NCBI RefSeq assembly: GCF_009914755.1
Contig: NC_060935.1
Source of the DNA: the human T2T-CHM13v2.0 reference genome, Homo sapiens
DNA length: 64,000 nt
Strand: one strand, 5' to 3'
Under the pieces are notes generated by a model. That model was not told where the DNA came from. It searched no databases and saw only the letters and a program-made list of their open reading frames with translations. The translations under genes and the position numbers were made by a program. How positions within the stretch are numbered: position 1 is the stretch's first letter; the number at the start of each line of letters is the position of its first letter. Below, in pieces: positions 52,830 through 64,000 of this stretch.

Positions 52830-55800
52830 GTTTGAATTATCTTTTCAAATACTCCAAGCCCTACTCTTTTTCTCCTCTCCTTCTGGCTCTCTGATTATAC
52901 AAGTGTTAGATCTATTGAGATAGTTCTACAGGTCCCTGAGGTTCATTTCTTTTTCGTCTAATTTATCCTGTTTTTCAAATTGGGTCATTTCTGTTGGCCC
53001 ACATTCAAGTTAACTGGTTCTTTCCTCTGTTGTATTTATTATTCTATTGAGTCCATCCAGTGAATCTTTTATATCTGTTATTACATTTTTTCAGTTCTAA
53101 AATTTTTATTTTGTTCTCCTCATATCTTCTATTTCTTTGCTGAGACTTTTTGTTTTACCTCTTGTTTGAAATGCAGTCATAATTGCTTGTTTCGTGGTGG
53201 CTGGGGTAAAATCCTTGTTAGATAATGCCAACATCTATGCCATCACAGTGCTGGCATCTGCTGATTGTCATTTCTTATTCAAATTGCGATTCTTGAGGCT
53301 CTTGAAATGGCAAGTGATGTCTTTATTGTATCCTATACAGTTTGATATTATGTTGTGAGGCCCTGGATCCTATTTACTCTTCTTTTTTGCAGGCAGTCAC
53401 CATTTTTAGGTATAGTGTACAAGTCTAGATGTGGATGAAAGTTCAGCTTCCATTCTGGCCCCACTGGTGAATCTACTTCCTGCTGAATCTGGAGCATCCA
53501 TTTACACTGCCTCATTGCCATTGAGTGAGAGGGGAGGTTCTGCTCTTGCCTGATGGAGACAAGGGAGGAGGAATCAGGAATGCCAATGAGCACCACATCA
53601 CTATTTGGTATCCGTTGAATTTCCAGATACATTTTAGGATCAGCTTGTCAATTTCTGCAAAGCAGAAGCTGCAATTCTGGTAGGAATTATGTTGACTCTG
53701 TAGATCAATTTGTGGAGTATTGTCATTCAGCAATATTCAGTTTTTTGATCGATGAACATGAGATGTCTTTTAATTTATTTGTCTTATGTAATTTCTTTCA
53801 ACAATGTTTTATAGTTTTCAGAGTATACGCTCTGCACTTCTTTTGTTAAATTTACTCTTAAGTATTTTATTATTTTTGATGTGATTATAAGTGGAATTGT
53901 TTTCTTAATTACAATTTTTTATGGTAAAAATACATATATAACATAAAAGTATCATTTTAATCATTTTTAAGTGCACAGTCGTATTAAATACATTCAGATT
54001 GCTGTGCAACCATCACCATGATCCATCTCCAGAACTTTTCACCACCCCAAACTGAAAATCTGTACCCATTAAACAATAACTCTTCATTTCTCCCTCCCCC
54101 CAGCCCCTGGAAACCACTATTCTGCCTTCTGTTTCTATGAATTTGACTACTCTAGATACCTCATATAAGTGGAATCATACAGTATTTATCTGAATTATTT
54201 CATTTAGCATAAGGTCTTCAAGGTTCACCCATGTTGTAAGCATGTGCCAAATTTCTTCCTTTTTAAGACTGAATAATATTCCATTATATGTATATACCAC
54301 ATTTTGTTTATTCATCTGTCAATGGACATTGGGGTTGTTTCCACATTTTGGTTATTGTGAATAATGCTGTAATTTTCATTTTGGATTGTTCATTGCAACT
54401 CTATTGAAATATAATTGATTTTTGAATATTAATATTGTATCCAGCAGTTCATTTATTGGTTCCAACAGTAATTTGTTAGATTCCTTAGGATTTTCTACAT
54501 TCTAGGTCATGTTATCTGCAAATGAAGATCCTTTTACTTCTTTCATTTCAATCTGAATGTCTTTTATTTCGTTTTATTTCTATCTCAGTCAGTTAGCCCT
54601 ACTATAACAGAATACTGTAGAGTGGGTAGCTTAAATAACAGACATTTATTTCCCACAGTTTTGGAGGATTGGAAGTCCAAGATCAAGGCAACAGTATGGT
54701 CAGGTTCTTGGTGAATGCCATTTTTCTGGTTCACAGATAGCTGTCTTCTGTTGTATGGTGACAAGAGAGAGAGAGCTTTGGTCTCTGTCTCCTGTAAGGG
54801 CACTAATCCCATTCATGAGGGCTCCACCTTTGTGACCTAATTACCTCTAAAAAGCCCCAATTCCAAATACCATCACGCTGGGAATTTAGGCTTCCACATA
54901 TGAATTTGGGAGGTGAGGGGATACAAGCAAACATTCGTCTACAGCACTTGTCCAATTGCCTTGGCTAGAACTTCCAGCACAATGCTAAATAGAAGTGGTA
55001 AGAATGAGCAACTTTATCTTCTTCCTGATCTTAAGGGGAAAGCATTCATTTTTTGGCCATTAAGCATGATGTCAGTTATAGATTTTTTTTGCAGGTGTGC
55101 TTTATCACATTTCTGATATGTTGAGAATTTTTATCATAAAAGGATATATAATTTTGTCGAGTGCTTTTTCTGAATCTGTTAACTATAGTTTTCATTTTTT
55201 AGTCTATCAATATGGTGTATCATGTTAATTGATTTTTGGATATTAAAACAACCTTGCCTTCCTGAGATAAATCTCACTTCGTTATGGCGTATAACTTTTT
55301 TACATGTTGTGGGATTCAGTTTTCTAGCATTTTGTTGAGTATTTTGTGTCTATATCCGTAAGGGATATTGGTTTGTAGTTTCCTTCTTTTTGTGATGTCT
55401 TTATTTGGTTTTAGTATAAGGTATTTGGTGTCTGGCATCATTGCATCAGTTTGGACATATTATCTGCTCTTCTATTTCTTTGAAATAATTTGTAAAGGAT
55501 TTTGTGTTAATTCTTTAAAGCTAGCTCAGCTTTTAGAATTGGGGAGTGGGGTGAATGGGCATAGTTTTTCCATGGATAGACCTATGATTAATTTCCCTGT
55601 ATCTCACTTCTAGCTTCCATATCTGTAGGTCTGGGGCTCACTGCTCCCCAGAGTTCAGCTGAGAGGATTGGCTCCCATTCCCACAGTAGCCCCTTCATGC
55701 TCACTCTGTTTATTTGCATACTTTCAATGGTTTATTTCAGGAATCTTTTATTTGCTGATGACTCTCCTGCAATTCTCTTTGCTAAAATGCATTTATTCCC

Positions 55801-55860
55801 TTTAATATCTCTACTGCTATTTCAAAGGGGACTCACGAAAGAGAAGAGGCAAATGTGTGC
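52830..55860 (-). mobile_element. Composite of old L1M fragments (ORF1/5' region 52830-53600; ORF2 53600-55520) with a nested L1MB-like 3' end (~53910-54370)
   Basis: Minus ORF 'FAEIDKLILKCIWK' (ORF2p); 'ttggctagaacttccagcacaatgctaaatagaagtggtaaga'; 'cccagcccctggaaaccactattctg'. Confidence 0.7.
54585..54945 (-). mobile_element. MaLR LTR (MLT1A-like) nested in L1
   Basis: 'ctataacagaatactgtagagtgggtagcttaaataacagacatttatttcccacagttttggagg...gggcactaatcccattcatgagggctccacc'. Confidence 0.8.
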
Positions 55861-56799
55861 TGAACCCACCATTTATCATGAGATGAAAGCTCAGCACTTA
55901 ACGTAGAGATTAACAATTTGTAGCAGCTCCCACAATGTTTGTGAGGTTGAAATGAGTTAAATCCATTGTATTGGGACTTTAGAAACTATATTATGTTATT
56001 TGTAGTACTGCTTTAAGTTTTTTCATATTTACAAAATTGAAATATCATTTGATTTGCTTTTATATCTCTGAACATGCAACTCATATAATCATTACATTTT
56101 TAGAAGTTTTCATTTAAATGATATATATATTCTTTGGAAGGATTTTAATGATATATGTGTACACGCATACATACACACACACATATATATCCAAAATATT
56201 GTAGTCATATTGAATTGACATTGAAATTCTCATTGTACAGTGACTTTTTATTCTTATTTGGGGGTCTTAATTGCAATAGAATGTTATCAAAATCTAAATT
56301 GTCTAAATAATTCTTACATTCAGGGAGATTTGGGATTGTTTGGTTTTTCCTTATTATAACTGCCACATTTTAGACATCTGGATTTTGTTTCAGAATTTTT
56401 CTTAATAATGAAAACCCTTAAAGACTTTCAGAAGTAATTTAGCCAATTCATCTTGCCCTGAGCTGAAATCTTTAAATCTCTTGCAGGCGTCTCAAGATAA
56501 CGTACTCCATCTCTCAGTAAAACATTTCCATACTTATTGTACTCTTGAGAAATTCTTTTTTACATCTGACCTGTTCCAATTTGAGCTTGTCTCCTTTCTT
56601 TTACCCTCTGACATTTTTAAGGCGACTAGAACATCCTGGAAGCAGTCACATAATCACCCAAAGAATTTACTGCTTCATCGTCTGACTTTTGAAAAATGCC
56701 AAGAGCTGTTATTGTTAAAGTTAAATAATGCCATAGGATGATAATTAATTTGATCCTTAACTGTTCAGTGTCATCTCCCCGCACAGAGAAACAGTGAAA

Positions 56800-57045
56800 T
56801 ATAATAAGTAATAAATTGGTTAAGGGCATGGGATTTAGTGTTGGTCGTACTTTGATTTCTATCCTGGCTTCTCCACTTACCAGCATATCTCCATACTTTC
56901 TTCAGTCTCAGTTTCCTCTTCTGTAAATTGGGATCATAATGCTGCTTCCCTCATATAGTAAGTAAGACTTCAACAAGATACTATGTATAAAGGGCCCCAC
57001 CCATCTAAAGGGCACCCATAGAGCCCTATAATTATTTGTTTTTAT
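56800..57045 (+). mobile_element. MIR
   Basis: 'tcctggcttctccacttaccagc...gtctcagtttcctcttctgtaaattgggatcataat'. Confidence 0.7.
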
Positions 57046-58017
57046 TGTTTATTATCTGTAGCAGATCCACTCTATTAAAGGAAAGCAATGAGATACCATG
57101 TAATAGATAACTGTCCTTATGAATTATCTAGGAGATAATCTGCCATTCTATTGCTCTATGAAGCCAAATTTGAGGTAATAATGGGAGTTTTGTTTTTAAA
57201 AATGTTTCCTTAAGTCCAAAAGAAGAGGGAAGACACTGAAACTCTTTATAAACTTTAAAGAAATTTTATTCTTAATTACTTTTGGTTTTGCTCATTTTCA
57301 CAGAAGTCAAGTGTCCTTAAGTCTTGCTGAGCTTCTTAAAGTCCTGTAGGTAATGATGCTTGGGTGGCAACTCTCAGCAACCATTGGCAGAGTAGCTATT
57401 GGACATATTTGGAATAATTCTTAGATTATTTTATTCTGTGCATTGGACCTCCATTAATGGAGACCAATAGAGAGGAAAGGGAACAGGATGAAATTAACAA
57501 GAAAGATACAAAAGAGAAGGATGAGACAGCATTTTAAAACTTAGGCCGCCAAAGGAGGCAAATTCTCCGCTGGGAGAAGCTAATGGAAGCGAGCATGGGT
57601 ATCACCATTTCATTCTGCTAGTGCCACCCTGTGCTCCCACAGAGAAGGGTCATTAATTTAAGACAATGACAACTACCCAGCTTGGAAACCATAGGCTGAA
57701 ACTGGAAAACTCCAGAAATAAGGGAGCATAATTGATGGGAACTAAAATGATCATGGAATCACCACCTAAGTTTGATGCTTTTTAAGTGTGAGCAGGTAAC
57801 TAAGCTAAAGCAGCAATTGATGTTGAAATTGAGCACAAAGGAATAGGGCTTCATCTGTGATTTGGAGGGATCTGCACCCTATTCTAAAGGTTTTGTTGCT
57901 TTCATTTTTACCCATTATGTCCAGAGATATTTATTCTAATATTGTATTAGACTATGTGTTTTACTTAAAAATATGAAACTTATAGTAACTGTTTACTTAC
58001 AGCTATATCATAATTAC

Positions 58018-58144
58018 ATTTTTTTTTCTGTAGAGATGAGGTCTGCGTTGCCCAGTCTGGTCTTGAGCTTCTGGCCTCAAGAGATCCTCCTCCCTCGGCT
58101 TCATAAATTGCTGGGATAAAAGACATGAGGCACTGTGCCTGGCC
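58018..58144 (-). mobile_element. Alu monomer (FLAM-like)
   Basis: Single ~125-nt reverse left arm ending 'gtgcctggcc' with a short T tail. Confidence 0.75.
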
Positions 58145-58232
58145 CGTAATTAAATAATGGTATTTCAACTTCCAGAAATTAAGTCTCTTTGAGTATGGAA
58201 ACTCAAGACAGTAAGTTTAATGACGGACTTAA

Positions 58233-58694
<462 letters not shown>

Positions 58695-58867
58695 TGATGC
58701 TTGCTTAATTTTGTCAATTAAAGTTTGAAGACAAAAAGTGCATGCAAATTTCGGTATCAAAATACATGTGAGACATCATTTCACATTCCTCTCCATTGCC
58801 AAAGTTTCTCCTTTCTTTTTTCAAATGTTAAAAGCTGAACGGACTGAATTCCTTCCACCTTAAAAGA

Positions 58868-59335
58868 ATTTTTTCAATTGACAAATAATAATTTTACATA
58901 CTTATGGGGTACATAGAGATTTTGATATATATTCTCTCTAGTGATCAGATTAGGTAGATTAGCATATCCATCATCTCAAACCCTTATTGGTTCTTTGTGT
59001 TGGGAATGCTCAATACCCTTCTAGGTATTTGAAAATACATAATATGTTGCTGTTAACTATAATCATCCTACAGTGGTATATAGCCCTAGAACTTATTTCT
59101 CCTATCTGTAACTTTGTATCCTTTAACAAATATCTCCCTATCCCTCCCTTCTCCCTACCATTCCCAGCCTCTAATATCCTCTGTCCTACTTTTTACTTCT
59201 ATGGTATCACCTTTTTTAGCTTCCACATATGAGTGAGAACATGTGGTGTTTAATTTTCTGTTCCTGGCTTATTTCACTTAACATAATGTCTTTCGGTTCC
59301 ATCCAAGTTGCCTCAAATGACAGGATTTCCTTCTA
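58868..59335 (-). mobile_element. L1MA-like 3' end
   Basis: 'ttttttagcttccacatatgagtgagaacatgtggtgtttaattttctgttcctggcttatttcacttaacataatg'. Confidence 0.8.
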
Positions 59336-59789
59336 TCTTTTTAATAATATAATGTAGTCCTCAATTACTGTCTCTTTTTAGGTTCCCATATTGAGGCTGC
59401 TTGGTTTGGATCACAGCGCTAATAAGATCAGCATCTCATCTGTTTCAGTCTTCATGAGTCATTTTCTTCATTGAGGGAATGACGGGAGGGAATGTGTGAG
59501 AAGAAATTTCATTGTCTGTTAATTGTGTACCTGATTCTGGCTCTCTAATGTTGATGACTGAAAATGTGTGAACAGCTCGGTTTGAGCCCATCGCTACTAA
59601 TTTCTCAAACTTCTTTACCAAAGATGCCTCTTAGGATGGCAGAGTGCAAATGTGGGTTCTCAGGATTCTATAGTATAACTTCAGCTGGAATCCTTAAACT
59701 CAAAAGTTTCTTTGAAGTATTAAAATTCACATGCTTTTTGGATCTTAAGCAATAGCATAATTGATTTTTAATATAAAATAATATTTCCT

Positions 59790-60160
59790 CTTTCTGGGCA
59801 CACAGACTCTATTTCCCAGTCTCCCTTGGAATTAATAACATAGGGCCATGTGATTAGGCTCTAGGTAACCGGAAGTGGGTAGAAGTGATGTACCCTTCTT
59901 CTAGGCCTAGCCATAAGAGCTCATGCATGATTGCCTGTGCTTTTTCATCGTCTTCTATGGGGACCCCAGAGGCCACGTGTTCAGTATGGTAGTGACACAG
60001 GTGTAAAGAGCCAGGATCCCGCATCCCTATGTGGAGGCAAGGAGCTTGATAATACAGCACATTGTGACATAAGAAAAAAATAAACTTTTATTATGTTAAG
60101 CCACTAGGATTTTAGGGGTGGTTTGTTGCAGCAGCTATATTAATTGTCATGATTAATACA
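59790..60160 (+). mobile_element. Old MaLR LTR (MLT1J-like)
   Basis: 'tatttcccagtctcccttg...ggccatgtgattagg...aaataaacttttattatgttaagccactaggattt...tttgttgcagcagc'. Confidence 0.65.
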
Positions 60161-61368
60161 CCATGAGAACAATTTTTTTCCTATCAGCCTTATTCATCAA
60201 GATGCAATTTCATTAATTAATTTTGAAAATGGGGCTGAATTGAAGAATGCTGAACAGACTTAGTGTCTAGGAAACTTCTCTCCTGTTTCTTGCTGTTGAA
60301 ATATCTCCAGCCCCAGACTTACAAAAATATGTGGATACCAAAAATAGGGTTTTTTTTTCCATTTCTTTCTTTTTTCACAAATATCAATGAACTCTATCAG
60401 GGTAACCATTGAGAGAATATGCCCTGAATACCACGGGGGAAAATGCAATATTTTAAGTTTGGGTTGAAATTTTGGCAAGTGAATCTTCTTGTCAAAAATA
60501 AAAATTATTTGCATCCTTCTGCAGATTTAGAAGGTTTCTGACCTACTGCCCTTCTGTCTCAATATTAAAACATGACTGATGATGTAATTTATTTAACACC
60601 AATGTAATCATTTCTATTACTCACATATTAAGTCTCAAAAGATTAATCTTCCTCATATTTGTTTTCACCAAATGCAAATCCTAGGACATGTAACACTGCC
60701 ACTCATGCACCTGTTCTCAACACATTTCCAGCGTCCCTAGACACAACCAGGAAAAACCATTTGAGGGCGATCTTTCACCACATTCAGGCATTGTGTAGCC
60801 TAGACAATTCCCAGACTCATTCATTCCACCAACAATCTCTCATCAGCACCAACCTCTCATATTTTTGTTATCCCCAAACCACTTAGTACTTGTTAAGTGG
60901 ACTCTTGGACCATTAAGTGAACAGAAAGATATATGATATGTATTTAAATTATAAAAACTGAAGGTAATATTAAAGGTAAGAATAATTATTTCGTGTCAGT
61001 TGAAGATGGCTGATCTCACTGTTAACCTTTCACTAGGTTTTTGGCTCAATAATTGAAGCAGTAGGTTCTACATGCAGTATGTTTCTTTCCTGCCTCTTTA
61101 TTGCTACTAAGTTAAATAATTCAAAATTACAATGATAGGTCATTAGGAATGTCAGCAAGTGATTGAGGGCTTCATCTGATAATTCTGTTATCAGAATGTT
61201 ACCTCAGTCCAGCTCAAACATGGACAGGGAATGAATGGAGAGATTTATGAGTGAGTAGTACCTGGAAAACTCTTAAGTCCACAACGGAATCAAAACCTGG
61301 AAGTTTGGTTTTACTTGGGCTTAGTGACAAATTCCTAATCTACTCTCATTACATTCCACTCTGTAGAG

Positions 61369-61670
61369 CATGGGTCCCATGGCCCATTAGGAACAGGCCA
61401 CACAGCAGAAGGTGAGCAGTTGGCAAGCATTACCACCTGAGCTCCGCCTCATGTCAGATCAGCAGCAGCATTAGATTCTCATAGGAGCGGGGACCCTATC
61501 ATGAACTGCACATGCAAGGGATGTAGGCTGTGCGCCTCTTACTAGATCTGATAATGCCTGATGATCTGAAGTAGAACAGTTTCACTCCAAAACCAACCCT
61601 CCGCCCTCATCCGTGGAAAAATCGTCTTCCACAAAACTGGTCCCTAGTGCCAGAAAGGTTGGGGACCACG
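61369..61670 (+). mobile_element. MER1B-like (hAT-Charlie)
   Basis: 'gcattagattctcataggagc...tgtgcgcctctta...gtcttccacaaaactggtccctagtgccagaaaggttggggacc'; perfect 8-bp hAT-type TSD CTGTAGAG at 61361-61368 and 61671-61678. Confidence 0.88.
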
Positions 61671-63534
61671 CTGTAGAGCAATTCTTATGTTCTATTGTGG
61701 CATCTTGATGTATTTTTTAAGCATCCCCAAGATTTCATTGTTTTGTTTTCTCTAATGAGAAAGAAAATAATCAAATACTGGGGATAAGTTGAATTCCTAA
61801 TGACTGAGGCATTTGTTCCACAGCTTGTTTTGTTTTGTTTTAATCCTGACCCTTTATCCTCTTCATTGGAAATTGGCAAAAGTTCATCCCCAAAGTGATA
61901 AGTTCTGGCTTGTCAAGATAATTAAGGCTATTGCTGAGATACACCACATTTGAAGTGATAGAAACGGTCCTTATTGGCATTATCAGTGTCATGGAGATAT
62001 TTTCCCATCTGTGATTTTTCAGGTCCTAGGATGTTTCCCTCTGGCAACCAACATTTTTTTTCAGAGAGGAAAAAATGTATCTGTAGTCACTGCCCATCTT
62101 CTGGCAGAATGTGTTGAAAGGTGTACACTCAAGAGCTGCAAGACGATCCATATTATTACTTTCACTATTTCCTTGAACATCATATTTCAGTCAGGAGGTA
62201 CTATGGTAGACTGCTAGTTAACCTCTGAAAACCAATTAGTGTGTGGATTTGCATTTAGGGGCTACTCTCCTAACCTTGTAATAATCTGGGCCTCTGTCAG
62301 AATTGAGTACAACACATCTTTTCCCATCTATGTAGTGCCTCCAAAGCAATTTTAATTTTAGAAAATATCTTCTCCTATGGTTTGGGTTTTCTGTATCATA
62401 ATAACCAGAAGTCATTAAGCAGTTTACATCTATACAGCAGTGGCTAAAAAGCGGAATCTCTGCCAGTATGCATTTGATGAGCATCACTGATTATGTGTGA
62501 TTTCCAGCAGTTCGTTTCAGTATAATACCAGCCATTAACACTGGGTGGCTAGTTTTCCAAGTGTATCCTAAAAAGTGTGATCCAGATCTGTTTTTGTTGT
62601 GCAAAGTGTAATATTGATGCCTCGTCTTCTGCCAGTGGCAAAATGTATCTGTTTTATACTGAAAAGTACTAATGCTGGTTGAGGTTTTCTTTTTTTCTTT
62701 CTTTCTTTTTCCCCCCCACAGAGCACACTCTGCTGTATGTGCAAACAACATACTTGAGCAATGTCTCATGAAAGGCAATGCGCTGGAGCAAATGCATTTT
62801 CAGTTACATAATTCCCATTTCCAGATATTGTGATTCTTGTTTGTTACTTTTTGAGCCATTTCTATACAATGGCCACCTTGGCCAGGCCACATTTCCCAAC
62901 ACATAGAGATTCTCATTCTTGCTTTGCATTGAGTTGGATTCTGTTTATGATATATACCAGAATGCACTCAGACAATAGGTAGGCTCTCAGAACAGCCAGA
63001 GAATGCCCTCTTTTGTGAGAAGATCCACAAAAAACTACTGAATAGATGATTCTTTTACAAGCAGGGAACCTTTAGGCATCAAAAGTTTAGAAACATAGCT
63101 CTGGGTGTTAGGCTTTTGTCTTCTTAAGACAGAAAGGATCACTTGCAGTCCAGGTTACATCTAATTTTACAAAGAATGAGTAGAAAGTATAACTGATTTA
63201 TTTCCAAAATTTAATCTGCTCATGTAAAATATAAAAACAGAAAGGGCTGTGAGGGTTTTTAATCTTTTCCTTCTTACAGACTTCACCTACATTACTTGTG
63301 AATATGTTTTTAAGATTTGTCTGATTCATATGATTTTCCATAAGACACTCAGATGTGGATGTCTTTGCTTTACAGTATTGTAGCCTGCTGAACTAGCATA
63401 CAAAGTGGAAAAGGTCGGCCACATTCATTCAACAAAAAGACACAGGGGCAGAGGACAGACAGCACAGAAAGCATGGCTTTGCCCCTGCACCTGGCGATTT
63501 TTAAGTATCAGAGCTCTAATATGGGTTTTTCTGT

Positions 63535-64000
63535 CAATTCATTCATTCATTCAACAAAATTTTTTGAGTGTCTGCTATGTGCCTGACATCCTTCTAGGCA
63601 CTGTATTTTCAGAATTGAACATAATTGATCAAACTACCTTACTCATAGAGCTCATAGTGTCTAGGGAAGGGCAGAGAAGAAATGAAAAAAATGAAGGAAT
63701 ATATAACTCACTCCAGGTACAGGTAAGGTTGTATGTGAAGGCTTCCTAGTAGAAGAGCCTCCTAAACTGAATCTTAACTAAGAATTGACCAGGAAAAAAA
63801 TGGAGGAGCGAGAAGGAAATCATTTTAGTATGAGAAGGTTCTGGAGTCATGCAGATGAAACAGAGTGTGTAGTGTGCTTGTGGTGCTGGCAGCAGTTTGG
63901 TGTTGCTGTAACTTTTGGGGTGAGACAGGGAGTGAGGCCAGCTATGGTACCACGTTAAAGAGCTCGGTCTTTGTACAGCCAAGACTGGAGAAGACAATAG
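63535..64000 (-). mobile_element. L2 3' end
   Basis: 'attcattcattcattcaacaaaattttttgagtgtctgctatgtgcctgaca...gaaggcttcctagtagaag'. Confidence 0.8.

Noticed and set aside
62474-62492. 'tgatga...ctga' resembling snoRNA C/D boxes
   Set aside because: The boxes are only a few nt apart with no terminal stem, far too short for a snoRNA.

Overview
This is primate (human-like) non-coding genomic DNA made mostly of interspersed repeats. I see no intact cellular gene, RNA gene or prokaryotic feature. The centrepiece is a ~7.3-kb minus-strand LTR2-flanked recombinant provirus (Harlequin/HERV-E type, 32373-39706). It has a tRNA-Glu PBS, a GTAC target-site duplication (TSD), a mosaic HERV-E/HERV-I interior and an apparent G-to-A (APOBEC3-like) hypermutation signature. 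It sits inside a 5'-inverted (twin-primed) L1PA, which itself lies at the edge of a MER8 inside an L2. The rest of the window is solo LTRs (several with intact TSDs), MaLR LTRs, Alus, old L1/L2/MIR and hAT/Tigger DNA transposons. The most interesting observations are the hypermutation, in-frame env-pol-IN junctions in the provirus, two template-switch hairpins (one a perfect 22-bp stem of pre-miRNA size), a young 66-bp tandem triplication and two tiny stacked poly(A) retro-insertions. I cannot support a confirmed new biological system. Repeat subfamily names are from recalled consensus sequences, not from a search, and boundaries without a TSD are approximate.
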